Below, one piece after another: positions 50,101 through 60,253 of a stretch of 64,000 nt of DNA. Under the pieces are notes generated by a model. The model saw nothing but the letters and a program-made list of their open reading frames with translations. It was not told the origin of the DNA and ran no database searches. Every line of letters starts with the position of its first letter. Position 1 is the stretch's first letter. Both the position numbers and the translations under genes were made by a program. Origin of the DNA: an uncultured Lachnospiraceae bacterium (GTDB lineage: Bacteria > Bacillota > Clostridia > Lachnospirales > Lachnospiraceae); contig CAJUII010000006.1 of NCBI GenBank assembly GCA_910586405.1, positions 2,645 through 66,644 on the forward strand, read 5' to 3'.

Positions 50101-51633
50101 CTCGGGATTGACAAAGGACGAGAACCGGTCTGTGATCTGTCCTTTTTCCACCTTGACTGCACCAATCTCTATGATACGGTTCATTATCGGTGAAAATCCC
50201 GTCGTCTCGATGTCAAACACGACGAATGTCCCATCGAGACGCTGCCCTTTATCATTGGTCACAATCTCCTTGAGATCATCGACTAAGTATCCCTCCACAC
50301 CATAGATAACCTTAAATTCATCCCCGTGGTCAAGCGCATGGTTCGCATCGGGAAAAGCCTGCACACAGCCGTGGTCTGTGACAGCAAGTGCCTTGTGCCC
50401 CCACTTCTTCGCGCGCTTGATAAGATCCTTGACATCCGAAACGCCATCCATATCACTCATCTTGGTATGACAATGAAGCTCCACGCGTTTTCTGGCACTG
50501 TTGTCCATCCGCGTCGTCGTGAAATCAGGAATTTTCATCACACCGACAACTGAACCTATCGTCAGCTCTCTGTCAAATGTATCATTGACCGTGACACCTT
50601 TTATTTTCAAGAATGCTCCCGTTTTTAAATCTCCCGTAAGCTCGGCAAGCTGATCGTTATGTACGAACATTTTGACCTTGATCGTATCTGTAAAATCTGT
50701 GATCTCAAAACTTACAATTGTCCGCTCATTTCGAATTTCGCGGGTTTCCAGTGCGCGGACCTTGCCCCGTATCACCACCTCACCCATCTCGCCCCAGATT
50801 TCCTCGATGTTGATGCTCTCTTCCGCAAAATCACGTCCAAAAATAATATTGGGATTGTCTGAGCGTTTGAGCGCCCTGCGCTGCATTCCCCTGTCTGCGC
50901 CCTTTTCGAATCTGTTGAAGGCTTTTCGCTCTGCCCCTGAAGCTGCTGTGTCCTTAGGCTTTGCTGCTGCCGCAGTATCTGTGCGCACAGCTTCCTTTGC
51001 CTTTGACGATGCTGCTGACTGCGGCGTGTCGGCGGAAGCGGCTTCTGCATTCCCTCCAAATCGGCTGCTGATTCCCTCCACTATCCTTTGAATCCGAAGT
51101 GCATCTTCCTCCTTATATTTGCTCGACGCAGCCTCCTTGTACGCCGTCTGAAACTTTACTTGAAATCCGCAGCGCTCATTCAGCACCTTGTCCAAAATAC
51201 CAATAAGCTCATCCTCCTTGGACTTTGCAATCACACTATCCTCGAGAACAAGCTCCATCGTGTTTTCTTCTGGAAACTCGATATCTGCCTGCCGAAACAT
51301 TGTGTAGAGCATATGGTCACACGCTTTTATTTCCATTAAAATGCTCTCTCGGTACAGCTCCATCAGCTTTTGTGGATTATACTGCCCGGAGAGGACAAAC
51401 CGCTCATACAATTTGATCATTATGATCTCCCGCGGAAAAAACTGCTTTTTAATCTCCTGCTCCACCTCATAGACAAGCTCCTTCTCGATCAGACGCGCAC
51501 TTCTAAAATAAATGCGCAGCAGGTCTTTTCGCTTTGTCGCAGTGATGCGCTCCACCACCGCCTGCTCAAATAAATCCTTCTGCACACCATTTAATGCCAG
51601 ATTCGGAAACGCCTCGAAAAATTTCTTTTCCAT
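47125..51633 (-). CDS. polC: DNA polymerase III PolC
   Basis: PHP ELHCHTKMS, exonuclease FDIETTG, GSRGSVGSS, PDIDLNFSG, YMFPKAHA. Confidence 0.97.
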   Translation of the reverse strand: MEKKFFEAFPNLALNGVQKDLFEQAVVERITATKRKDLLRIYFRSARLIEKELVYEVEQEIKKQFFPREIIMIKLYERFVLSGQYNPQKLMELYRESILMEIKACDHMLYTMFRQADIEFPEENTMELVLEDSVIAKSKEDELIGILDKVLNERCGFQVKFQTAYKEAASSKYKEEDALRIQRIVEGISSRFGGNAEAASADTPQSAASSKAKEAVRTDTAAAAKPKDTAASGAERKAFNRFEKGADRGMQRRALKRSDNPNIIFGRDFAEESINIEEIWGEMGEVVIRGKVRALETREIRNERTIVSFEITDFTDTIKVKMFVHNDQLAELTGDLKTGAFLKIKGVTVNDTFDRELTIGSVVGVMKIPDFTTTRMDNSARKRVELHCHTKMSDMDGVSDVKDLIKRAKKWGHKALAVTDHGCVQAFPDANHALDHGDEFKVIYGVEGYLVDDLKEIVTNDKGQRLDGTFVVFDIETTGFSPIMNRIIEIGAVKVEKGQITDRFSSFVNPEVPIPFEIEKLTSINDSMVIDAETIEKVLPKFLEFVGDAVLVAHNANFDVGFISENAKRQQIPVDFTYVDTVGIARMLLTGQAKYTLDAVAKTLKISLENHHRAVDDAECTAEIFLKFIDMLAKEDVYTLEAMNEMGKSSVDAVRKLHSFHIIILAKNQTGRINLYKLVSASHLTYFYKRPLIPKSLILQYREGLILGSACEAGELFRAMLDGQSEEQIAHIVDFYDYLEIQPIGNNRFMIESERHREIHSEEDLIALNKRVVKLGEQFQKPVVATCDVHFLDPEDEVYRRIIMTGKGFKDADDQAPLYLRTTEEMLDEFSYYLGSEKAEEIVITNTNKIADMCDRIAPVRPDKCPPVIENSDQQLTEICYRKAHEMYGDTLPDLVEARLKRELNSIINNGFAVMYIIAQKLVWKSVEDGYLVGSRGSVGSSFVATMAGITEVNPLSPHYYCKNRHYSDFYSEEVKKFAGMAGCDMPDKICPVCGEKLIKDGFDIPFETFLGFKGNKEPDIDLNFSGEYQSKAHKYTEVIFGYGQTFRAGTIGTLADKTAFGYVKNYYEERGKQKRTSEINRIVEGCVGVRRTTGQHPGGIVVLPVGEEINSFTPVQHPANDMTTDTITTHFDYHSIDHNLLKLDILGHDDPTMIRMLQDLTGIDPTTIPLDDKEVMSLFQNTSALGITPDDIGGCKLGCLGIPEFGTDFAMQMVIDAQPKYFSDLVRISGLSHGTDVWLGNAQTLIQEGKATISTAICTRDDIMTYLIGMGLDSEESFKIMEAVRKGTVAKKKCGNWEEWKQDMLDHNVPDWYVWSCEKIQYMFPKAHAAAYVMMGWRIAYCKINYPLAYYCAFFSIRASAFSYETMCLGREHLERVMAEYKKRSDSLSNKEQDALKDMRIVQEMYARGFTFEPIDIFKAHSRNFQIVNDRVMPSLSSIEGLGEKAADAIMEAAKDGPFLSKDDFRSRTKVSKTVIDLMADLGLLGDIPESNQISLFDLVG

Positions 51634-51646
51634 CCCTCACCTCAGT

Positions 51647-52699
51647 TTACTTCCAATGGTCCAATTCATACTTCAATATCGCCAAAAGTTCGTTTTCTGG
51701 TACTTTCTTAATGATCTCACCCTTTTTGATGAGAAGTCCTTCGCCAATACCGCCCGCAATTCCGATATCGGCCTCCTTCGCCTCACCCGGCCCATTGACT
51801 GCACACCCCATCACAGCCACCTTGATATTGAGATCATAGCCTTGTACCATCGTCTCTACCTGATTTGCCAGTCCAATCAGATCTATATTCGTTCTGCCGC
51901 ATGTAGGGCAGGAAACCACCTCAATGCCGCCTTTCCGCAGCCCCAGAGTGCGCAGAATCAGCTTCGCCGACTTGATTTCCTCGACAGGATCTCCCGTGAG
52001 CGATACACGAATCGTATCGCCAATCCCCTGATTGAGAATGATGCCAAGCCCCACCGCCGACTTAATATTTCCGCTTGTCACGGTGCCTGCCTCTGTGATG
52101 CCCACATGTAATGGGTACTGCGTCTTATCTGCAAGCAGCTCATGTGCCTTCACACACATCATAACATCGGAAGACTTGATGCTGATCACTATATTGTCAT
52201 AGTCCAAATCTTCAATGCTTCTCACTTTATCCAATGCACTCTCCACAATGCCCTTTGCAGTGACACCGTGATATTTCTCTATCAAATCCCTTTCCAGCGA
52301 TCCGCTGTTTACACCGACGCGGATTGGAATTTCCCGCTCCTTAGCAACCCGCACAACCTCGGCAACCTTTTCTTTGTCTCCAATATTGCCGGGATTGATA
52401 CGGATCTTGTCCGCGCCGTATTCCATCGCCGCGATTGCCATCTTATAGTCAAAATGAATATCCGCCACCAGTGGAATAGATATTTCCTTCTTGATCTGAG
52501 CAATCGCTTTTGCCGCCGCCAAATCCGGCACGGTACATCGCACAATATCACAGCCTGCTTTAGCTAGACGCTGAATCTGTGCCACTGTTGCCGCCACATC
52601 ATCGGTCTTTGTGTTCGTCATAGACTGAATCAAGATCGGATTGCCGCCGCCAAGAACCCTGTCTCCAATGTGTATCACCTTTGTTTTATCCCGATACAT
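51647..52699 (-). CDS. ispG: HMBPP synthase
   Basis: QSMTNT, ADIHF, RINPGN, SCPTCGR, MGCAVNGPGE. Confidence 0.96.
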   Translation of the reverse strand: MYRDKTKVIHIGDRVLGGGNPILIQSMTNTKTDDVAATVAQIQRLAKAGCDIVRCTVPDLAAAKAIAQIKKEISIPLVADIHFDYKMAIAAMEYGADKIRINPGNIGDKEKVAEVVRVAKEREIPIRVGVNSGSLERDLIEKYHGVTAKGIVESALDKVRSIEDLDYDNIVISIKSSDVMMCVKAHELLADKTQYPLHVGITEAGTVTSGNIKSAVGLGIILNQGIGDTIRVSLTGDPVEEIKSAKLILRTLGLRKGGIEVVSCPTCGRTNIDLIGLANQVETMVQGYDLNIKVAVMGCAVNGPGEAKEADIGIAGGIGEGLLIKKGEIIKKVPENELLAILKYELDHWK

Positions 52700-52889
52700 A
52701 CTCTTCTCCTATTCATATTTCGCATACATCTACCAATGCATCATTGATATGCATAAATGTGTTAGTGCACGGATCATTTGATCTCACCCAACTTCCAAGC
52801 CTCGATGCAGCCGCCGCTGTGTCTGCGTTTTGGAAGCAGACAGGTATGCGCCTGTCAGTACACTATACACAGTTCGGTTTGATGCTGTT

Positions 52890-53966
52890 TTATTGCACAA
52901 AAATCCTTGCAATATCATTATACAATACAAATACCATCAACACCATGAGCGCGACAAATCCAACAAAATGCACGAAGCCCTCCTTGTCGGGTGATACTGG
53001 CTTGCCGCGAACGACTTCAACAAACAAAAACAGAAGCCTTCCTCCATCCAGTGCCGGCAATGGCAGCAGATTCATAATGCCAAGATTCACGCTGAGCAGC
53101 ACCGCGAAGTTGATCATGGTAAGCACCACTGTGGGCAGCCCATAAGGCTTTGTCACCTCGATGGTCTCGTCAATCGTTGCCGCAATGCCAACGGGTCCAG
53201 ATAGGTCATTCGCAGACAGTTTCCCCTGTACCAGCATCAAAAGACTCTTGATTGTTGTCTTAAACCAATAACGTACCTCATATGCACTGTACTTGATCAA
53301 ATCCAGCCCCTTGCACTTTATTGTCTCCCCAATCGTAAAGCCAATATAATATCGATGATCTTGCTCGCTGTACTTTGGTGTGACTACTGTCGTATACTTT
53401 TGATCATCACGCAGATATTCAATCTCCATTGGTTTCCCGCCGCTTAGTGCGGATGCAAAAGTCACTTCTTTTTGCAGATAAATTTTCTCTTTGTCAATCT
53501 TTGTGATCAGATCCCCTTCTCGAAGTCCCGCTTCCAACGCCGGGTATCCCTCCGTCAATGAGTTTATGGTAGGAATAACCTCTCCTGAGAATCCGACTAC
53601 GATCAGCGACAGTAAGAACGCAAGTATAATATTAAAAAATGGTCCTGCAAAAACCGTCGCAATTCTTGACCAGACATTTGCGTCATTAAAAGCGCCCTCC
53701 GGCTTTTGCTCCTCTTTTTCCCCACTGTCTGAAGCCGTTGAATAAATGCCGTCCTCACCCTCAAACATACAAGCGCCCCCAATCGGCAGCAGTTTGAGTA
53801 CATATTTCGTTTCACCCTTTGTAAATTTGATGATGTCTGGTCCCATACCAATCGAAAACTGCAACACCTTGATGCCATTTAACTTTGCAATCAGAAAATG
53901 ACCAAGCTCATGTGCGATCACCACCACCCCAAATATCAGCACAAATACTATAATTGTGACAATCAT
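52890..53966 (-). CDS. rseP: RIP metalloprotease RseP
   Basis: HELGH, AGP..N, PDZ, NLLPLPALDGG. Confidence 0.95.
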   Translation of the reverse strand: MIVTIIVFVLIFGVVVIAHELGHFLIAKLNGIKVLQFSIGMGPDIIKFTKGETKYVLKLLPIGGACMFEGEDGIYSTASDSGEKEEQKPEGAFNDANVWSRIATVFAGPFFNIILAFLLSLIVVGFSGEVIPTINSLTEGYPALEAGLREGDLITKIDKEKIYLQKEVTFASALSGGKPMEIEYLRDDQKYTTVVTPKYSEQDHRYYIGFTIGETIKCKGLDLIKYSAYEVRYWFKTTIKSLLMLVQGKLSANDLSGPVGIAATIDETIEVTKPYGLPTVVLTMINFAVLLSVNLGIMNLLPLPALDGGRLLFLFVEVVRGKPVSPDKEGFVHFVGFVALMVLMVFVLYNDIARIFVQ

Positions 53967-54024
53967 TGCCTACTCTTTCCTCCCTGTTTATTGTCGTCCC
54001 TTCACCTTGAACTGACCGCTGCTC

Positions 54025-55179
54025 TCATGCTCCATCTGGATACTTGGCGTGAATCAGTTCATATGTCTCCTGTTCTGTCCTTAAAATCTCCTCCACATTC
54101 GGAGACTCTATCCTGCGATGTACATCCATACACATCTCGATTATTTCAGGAATCTGCAAAAAGCGAATCTTCCTGTTTAAGAACAAACTCACAGCCCGCT
54201 CATTCGCTGCATTGAATACCGTCGGTACACTTCCGCCTTCTGACGCTGCTCTCATTGCCAGTTTTAGCCCCACAAAAGTCTCCAGATCTGGCTTCTCAAA
54301 GGTAATACTTCCAAGCTCATAGAAATCAACTCGCTTTCCTGCCATCGGACGCCTGTCTGGATAAAACAGCGCGTACTGTATCGGCAGCTTCATATCAGGT
54401 GTGCCCAACTGTGCTATAATCCCGCCATCCACATACTCGACCATAGAGTGAATGATACTCTGCGGATGTACTACCACCTGAATTTGGTCTAAATCTACGC
54501 CAAAAAGCCATTTGGCCTCCATGACTTCAAGTCCTTTATTGACAAGCGTTGCCGAGTCGATTGTAATCTTGTGTCCCATAGACCAATTGGGATGCTTTAA
54601 CGCATCTTCAAGTCGTACTTGTTCCAGCTCCTGTCGAGTCCGTCCTCGAAATGGTCCCCCCGAAGCCGTGATCAGCAATTTGCTGACGCGGTCTGTCTGC
54701 GCACCCTGCATCGACTGAAAAATTGCACTGTGTTCACTGTCAACCGGCAGAATCGACACTCCCATCTCGTCGGCAAGCGGCATGATAATATGCCCTGCTG
54801 TCACCAGTGTCTCTTTATTCGCAAGTGCAATGTCTTTGCCCTTTTTTATCGCTGCGATCGTTGGCCGAATACCAATCATTCCGACAATCGCTGTCACCAA
54901 TGTCTGTGCTTCCTCCATCTCTGCGATCGCCAGCAGTCCCTCCATCCCTGGTATGATCTGTACATCCATATCTGCCAGTTTTGTTTTTAATGCCCTACAG
55001 TCCGCCTCATTTTGCAGTGATACCAGTCTCGGCTGAAATTCTCTTACCTGTTTTTCCAACAGTTCAATATTTGTTCCCGCTGCCAGCCCCACTACCTGTA
55101 GATCAGGATTGTCACGCACGATCTCAAGCGTTTGTGTGCCAATTGAGCCCGTAGAGCCCAATATTGCTATCTTTTTCAC
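54025..55179 (-). CDS. dxr: 1-deoxy-D-xylulose-5-phosphate reductoisomerase
   Basis: GSTGSIG, LANKE, PVDSEH, HPNWSMG, NAANE; GTG start after GGAGG. Confidence 0.96.
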   Translation of the reverse strand: MKKIAILGSTGSIGTQTLEIVRDNPDLQVVGLAAGTNIELLEKQVREFQPRLVSLQNEADCRALKTKLADMDVQIIPGMEGLLAIAEMEEAQTLVTAIVGMIGIRPTIAAIKKGKDIALANKETLVTAGHIIMPLADEMGVSILPVDSEHSAIFQSMQGAQTDRVSKLLITASGGPFRGRTRQELEQVRLEDALKHPNWSMGHKITIDSATLVNKGLEVMEAKWLFGVDLDQIQVVVHPQSIIHSMVEYVDGGIIAQLGTPDMKLPIQYALFYPDRRPMAGKRVDFYELGSITFEKPDLETFVGLKLAMRAASEGGSVPTVFNAANERAVSLFLNRKIRFLQIPEIIEMCMDVHRRIESPNVEEILRTEQETYELIHAKYPDGA

Positions 55180-55213
55180 GAAGTTCTCCTCCTTATTATA
55201 TTCCCAAACAAAA

Positions 55214-56062
55214 TCATCCATGCCCATTCATAAGAATCAAAATCAAAAAATATGTGATTGGCGCTGTAAATATCACACTATCAAATCGGTCCATGATACC
55301 GCCATGGCCTGGTATCAATTTTCCATAATCCTTAATTTGATGATTTCTCTTGATGGCAGACGCCGCCAAATCTCCTACCTGCGATATGATCGAACCCACA
55401 CCGCCGACCACTGCCAAAATGACTATATACTGCATCTGTCCGAGGGTACTGTCCATGAATGCACCAAACAATGCACCAAACAGCGCTGCTCCAACGATAC
55501 CGCCAACTGAACCTTCAATCGATTTCTTCGGGCTTAACACTGGCGCAAGCTTGTGCCTGCCAATCAGCACCCCCGTCAGATAGGCAAATGTATCAGAGAC
55601 CCAGGAGCTGATAAAAATCATCCACACCAGATAAACACCATCTTCAAGCTGTCTTGTCAACAGCACAAAGGACAGCATTACCGGCGCGTAAATCAGCGCA
55701 AAGTACGCATCCATCACCTGATTCGCATGATACTTTGGAAACCCAAACACATACACCGACATCATCCCAATCATTGACAGAAGCATGACCATCACCGCAT
55801 ATGAGGCATCCTGCACAAAATAAGTCACAGGATAATAGCAGGTGATGGCAACAATCCCAGCTATTTCAAGTGCATTGAGCGATTGTCCCTTTCGGACACC
55901 GCACGCCTTTGTCAGCTCCAGAAATCCGATAATTGAAATACTATACAATACCACCGCCAATATGATACCACCTGGAAGGATTGCCGCTAGCGCTGCTATC
56001 ACGATAACAACTGCGCTGATTGTCCGTTCTTTGCTGATTTTTCCAAGAATGTTAGATGCCAT
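55214..56062 (-). CDS. cdsA: Phosphatidate cytidylyltransferase
   Basis: [36 protein letters not shown]. Confidence 0.95.
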   Translation of the reverse strand: MASNILGKISKERTISAVVIVIAALAAILPGGIILAVVLYSISIIGFLELTKACGVRKGQSLNALEIAGIVAITCYYPVTYFVQDASYAVMVMLLSMIGMMSVYVFGFPKYHANQVMDAYFALIYAPVMLSFVLLTRQLEDGVYLVWMIFISSWVSDTFAYLTGVLIGRHKLAPVLSPKKSIEGSVGGIVGAALFGALFGAFMDSTLGQMQYIVILAVVGGVGSIISQVGDLAASAIKRNHQIKDYGKLIPGHGGIMDRFDSVIFTAPITYFLILILMNGHG

Positions 56063-56773
56063 CTATGACTCCTCCTTCACAAGCCCATATCTCCGGTCTC
56101 TTTGTTGATATGCCTCTACTGCCTTGGCAAGCTCATTCTTATCAAAATCCGGCCACAGTACCGGTGTAAAATAAAGCTCTGCATAAGAAGTCTGCCACAA
56201 TAAAAAGTTGGAGATCCGCTGTTCACCCGATGTGCGAATCAGCAAATCAGGATCTGGCAGCCCTGCTGTATCAAGCCAAGCTGCAATCTTATCCTCATCA
56301 ATTTCTTCTGGCTTCATCGTTCCTGCTGCCACCTGCTCCGCCAATACAGTGACAGCCCTGCGCAGCTCATCGCGCCCTCCGTAATTGATCGCAATCTGGA
56401 AGTGAAGTCCCGTATTATCCCGCGTCTCCTGCTCTAGCTGTGCTATACTAGCCTGCAAGTCCTCTGCAAGCCTTGATTTATCACCAATCACACGCACACA
56501 CATATTATTTTTCTGAGCGCGCTTGATACTGTTCTTCATATAGCTTCTAAGCAGATTCATCAGTGTCGTCACCTCACTGTCCGGCCGCGTCCAATTTTCA
56601 GTAGAGAACGCATAGATCGTAAGATAATTAATCCCCATATTATAAGCATCCTCACAAATTTGTTCGACAGTCTTTGCGCCCTGCACATGCCCAGCAGTTC
56701 GTGGAAGTCCCTTCGCTTTCGCCCATCGTCCATTTCCGTCAAGTATGATCGCCACATGATTTGGTATATTCAT
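56063..56773 (-). CDS. uppS: Undecaprenyl diphosphate synthase
   Basis: ILDGNGRWA, FSTENW, IRTSGEQRISNFLLWQ. Confidence 0.96.
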   Translation of the reverse strand: MNIPNHVAIILDGNGRWAKAKGLPRTAGHVQGAKTVEQICEDAYNMGINYLTIYAFSTENWTRPDSEVTTLMNLLRSYMKNSIKRAQKNNMCVRVIGDKSRLAEDLQASIAQLEQETRDNTGLHFQIAINYGGRDELRRAVTVLAEQVAAGTMKPEEIDEDKIAAWLDTAGLPDPDLLIRTSGEQRISNFLLWQTSYAELYFTPVLWPDFDKNELAKAVEAYQQRDRRYGLVKEES

Positions 56774-56895
56774 AACACATTTCCTTTCTATACGCTATGC
56801 CAGATACAAACAGAGACCATATTCAACATCTGCTGTGTCCTGTGCATAAAACAGGAGGGCACTACATCCCTTATGCACGCCCCCCTACCATTCAT

Positions 56896-57447
56896 TTATA
56901 CCGTAAGCACCTCTTTTGATTTCTCTTCGATTGCCTTATCGACATCCTTGATATACTTATCTGTCAGCTTTTGAACTGCATCTTCCAAATCCTTGATCTC
57001 ATCTTCAGATACCTCAGTCTTTGCAAGCTTTTTAAACGAATCATTCGCATCCCGTCTGATATTGCGGACTGCTACCTTGCACTCCTCACCCTTTTTCTTG
57101 ATATCCTTCACAAGCTCTTTTCTGCGCTCCTCTGTCAATTCTGGAAATACCAGGCGAATCACAGTACCGTCATTGCTTGGCGTGATGCCGATATCAGACG
57201 CCATAATCGCCTTTTCAATCTCCTTGATTAAGCTCTTCTCCCAGGGTGCGATCTGAATCATTCTAGCCTCAGGCACCGTAATATTGCCAACCTGCTGAAT
57301 CGGTGTCGGTGTCCCATAATAGTCTACTTTTAACTTGTCAAGCAGATGGGGATTCGCACGCCCCGCACGGATTGTCTGATAATCTGATAATAGAAAATCG
57401 AGTGCCTTCTGCATTTTGTCATCATATGTTTTTACTCTTGCATCCAT
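56896..57447 (-). CDS. frr: Ribosome recycling factor
   Basis: IRAGRANP, VDYYG, LTEERRK, RNIRRDA. Confidence 0.97.
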   Translation of the reverse strand: MDARVKTYDDKMQKALDFLLSDYQTIRAGRANPHLLDKLKVDYYGTPTPIQQVGNITVPEARMIQIAPWEKSLIKEIEKAIMASDIGITPSNDGTVIRLVFPELTEERRKELVKDIKKKGEECKVAVRNIRRDANDSFKKLAKTEVSEDEIKDLEDAVQKLTDKYIKDVDKAIEEKSKEVLTV

Positions 57448-57517
57448 TATTATGTCCTCCTGATTTTTTCTTAATAACGTTCTATACCAATCGTTGCCGT
57501 ACTTCGTCTTTGGGGTA

Positions 57518-58213
57518 TCAAACCGTAATTACAGTGCCAGTTGACTTTCCTTTCACGGTATTAATGATACTATTTTCCTCGTTTAATCCAAAAATGGTCA
57601 TAGGCATTTTATTTTCCATACAGAGCACTGCCGCAGCGAGATCTATCACGCCAAGCTGTTTGTCTACCACCTCTTTGATTGGAATGGCATCGTATTTTTT
57701 TGCATCCTTATGAAGCTTTGGATCTGCATCGTACACTCCATCAATTGCCTTCGCGGACAAGATCATATCTGCCTCAATCTCAATTGCTTTGAGAACGGTC
57801 CCCATATCTGTTGAAAAATATGGATGTCCAATACCGCCTGCAAAAAATATTACCTTCCCTGATTCGAGCGCCGCCAAGGCCTTATCCTTCGAAAAAAGCT
57901 CCGTGAACGCAGCACACTGAAACGGTGTGTAGATCTCTGTTCCCATACCTACAAATCTAAATATTTCAGATACATAGATACAATTCATCACCGTGGCAAG
58001 CATTCCGATCTGATCCGCTTTCGTCCGGTCAATCGTCTCGCTTGTCCTCCCTCTCCAAAAATTTCCGCCGCCGATCAGGATTCCTACCTGAATACCGCTG
58101 TCTACAATTTCCTTCACCTGCCGCGCTACTGCTGTCACCGTTGGCTCGTCAAAGCCTGTTTTCTTATCACCTGCAAGCGCCTCGCCGCTCAGTTTCAATA
58201 ATATTCTTTTCAT
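57518..58213 (-). CDS. pyrH: UMP kinase
   Basis: LKLSGEAL, GGGNFWRG, PYFSTD, DGVYDADP. Confidence 0.96.
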   Translation of the reverse strand: MKRILLKLSGEALAGDKKTGFDEPTVTAVARQVKEIVDSGIQVGILIGGGNFWRGRTSETIDRTKADQIGMLATVMNCIYVSEIFRFVGMGTEIYTPFQCAAFTELFSKDKALAALESGKVIFFAGGIGHPYFSTDMGTVLKAIEIEADMILSAKAIDGVYDADPKLHKDAKKYDAIPIKEVVDKQLGVIDLAAAVLCMENKMPMTIFGLNEENSIINTVKGKSTGTVITV

Positions 58214-58234
58214 ACTACGCCAACTCCTACTCTC

Positions 58235-59134
58235 TTATAGTGATTTTCTGTTTTTCTTCACATCATTAAAGAATGCTGTAGGACTGACATCCGCATAGCA
58301 CTGTGAACACATACCCTCGATCACCGCACCGTTATTGATCTGCACAGATTTTGATTTAATATTGCCCATCACGATTGCAGACGTATCCAGAATGACAGGT
58401 CCATGCACATCAATATCTCCCTTCACAGCACCCGCGATCACCGCACTCGTTGCAAAGATATTCCCGATTACCACGGAACTCTGACCAATCTTAACACTGC
58501 CCTTGCTCTTGATTTCCCCATTAATCTGCGCGGATTCCGCATAAATCTCTGCGGCAGAAGAATTACCTGTAATGCTTCCTGTCACATTCAGCTTTCCAAG
58601 GATCTCTATATTTCCTGTGATACTTCCAATCAAATCCATATTTCCTGTACTTGTCGCATCACCCGTAATATTCATTCCCGCTGTGATCACTGCCGTGTCC
58701 GTTGAGACAGCAGCACTTGTCTCTGAATCCTCTCTTGTCTCAACCGCTGGCTCTGCATCCATATACACCGGCTCCTGTACATTCTGTTCTACCTCATTCA
58801 ATAACTGTTCCATTTCTTCATCTGCCTCTCTATTATTTATTTCTGCTGTTACAGGTATTTCCCCCATATCCATCTGAGCTGCCGCAACAGCCTCCCTATG
58901 CACAGGATTCTCCTGCAATCCAGCAGGAGCCACTGATACTTCACTGTAAGACGCCACTTCCTGCTCAAGCATCGCATCAAGTTTTGCCAGATCGTCCTCC
59001 CTAGAAGTGCCAAACAAATCCTCCGAAGCTGCTGCCTCCGCCTCCTCAAGATTCAGTTCAGCTACCGCATCTTCAGGCTCTAGCCCGTTTACTGTCTGTG
59101 ATAAATCCTGCTTTAAATCCTGAAAAAAACCCAT
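58235..59134 (-). CDS. Bactofilin (polymer-forming cytoskeletal protein) with long acidic N-terminal region
   Basis: TAVITAGMNITGD...V.IG..V.GNI...I.G.VKGDI...GNI..I..GAVIEG beta-helix repeats. Confidence 0.85.
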   Translation of the reverse strand: MGFFQDLKQDLSQTVNGLEPEDAVAELNLEEAEAAASEDLFGTSREDDLAKLDAMLEQEVASYSEVSVAPAGLQENPVHREAVAAAQMDMGEIPVTAEINNREADEEMEQLLNEVEQNVQEPVYMDAEPAVETREDSETSAAVSTDTAVITAGMNITGDATSTGNMDLIGSITGNIEILGKLNVTGSITGNSSAAEIYAESAQINGEIKSKGSVKIGQSSVVIGNIFATSAVIAGAVKGDIDVHGPVILDTSAIVMGNIKSKSVQINNGAVIEGMCSQCYADVSPTAFFNDVKKNRKSL

Positions 59135-59201
59135 AGAAAATTATCCTCCAATTTTATTTTGTATAGTATTATAAAATATCAATATCTTACAATATCAAAA
59201 C

Positions 59202-60164
59202 CTACTGATGCAAATGCTGCACCTTCACTGTATCCTCAGATATTGGTAAAAGTACTGTATTGTCAGCCTCAAGTATCTTTTCAATAATCCCTGCCAGCGC
59301 ATCAACAGTTGTTGATTTTCCCGCTGCATCATGGAAAAGAACCACCGCATTGTTGTACGTTCCTATATTGTCTAACACATTCCTTGTAAGCTGTTCCACA
59401 CTTTTATTACCACCTGTAGAATCCCCGCTCGACACATTCCAGTCAAAATATGTCATATCTTCACTGTCCAGATAGTCAATCAAATCCCACATGCTCACCG
59501 AACTCACAGTATTGCTGCTGCCGCCCGGAAATCTCACAAACCGGCAATCCTCCCCTGTAAGCTCATACAAAAAATCATGAAGCTTTGTCAGATCTGCCTT
59601 GTACGAATCTAGGGATGCATAAACCTCGTTATACCGATGACTGTAAGAGTGCATCGCCAGTGTGTGTCCGTCCTCCACAATTCGCCGATACTGATCCGCA
59701 TATCCTTCCTTTCCGACCACAAAAAATGTTGCTTTTACACCATATTGTGCCAGAATGTCAAGGATTCTGTCCGTGTTGGCGCTCGGTCCGTCATCGAACG
59801 TCAGATAAACGCGCCGAATCCCATTGCTTCTGTCCCCTTTTCCATCCCATTGATGCGTACTTTCCTGCTTCTCTACCGCTGCAATATCTGCTGCCTCCGC
59901 CGCATCTACAGCGTTGCCATCAATATCAGAAATATCCGATAACGACAACTCTTCCTCATTAGTCAACGTCTCTTTGGCATCGTTCTGAATCAACAAGATT
60001 TGCTGTTCCAGCCGATTCACCTTTCTTCCGATATTCATCACCAGCACAAGTATTACAACACAATTGATGATCGTCAGCAGTGTGAGCACCGGAACCATTA
60101 TTTCAACAAAACTCTTTTTTTTTACACCCCTATTTCTTATATTCCACCTGCGACCCAATTTCAT
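59202..60164 (-). CDS. Membrane-anchored polysaccharide/peptidoglycan deacetylase (CE4)
   Basis: YLTFDDGP, HSYSH, RFPGG, DW, LFHD. Confidence 0.92.
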   Translation of the reverse strand: MKLGRRWNIRNRGVKKKSFVEIMVPVLTLLTIINCVVILVLVMNIGRKVNRLEQQILLIQNDAKETLTNEEELSLSDISDIDGNAVDAAEAADIAAVEKQESTHQWDGKGDRSNGIRRVYLTFDDGPSANTDRILDILAQYGVKATFFVVGKEGYADQYRRIVEDGHTLAMHSYSHRYNEVYASLDSYKADLTKLHDFLYELTGEDCRFVRFPGGSSNTVSSVSMWDLIDYLDSEDMTYFDWNVSSGDSTGGNKSVEQLTRNVLDNIGTYNNAVVLFHDAAGKSTTVDALAGIIEKILEADNTVLLPISEDTVKVQHLHQ

Positions 60165-60253
60165 TTTATCCTTTCAAGCCATATTATAGACATACCGATT
60201 ATAACACACAATCACCACTTTAGAAAAGACATTTTCATAAGTTTATCCAAAGT

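Noticed and set aside
47125..51633. Intein or intron in polC
   Set aside because: Length and motif order are normal; only an Ala-rich linker is extra
60115..60123. A9 tract near the deacetylase start (similar runs in secDF, ftsI, typA) as phase-variation sites
   Set aside because: All are in frame, encode Lys runs and also occur in housekeeping genes
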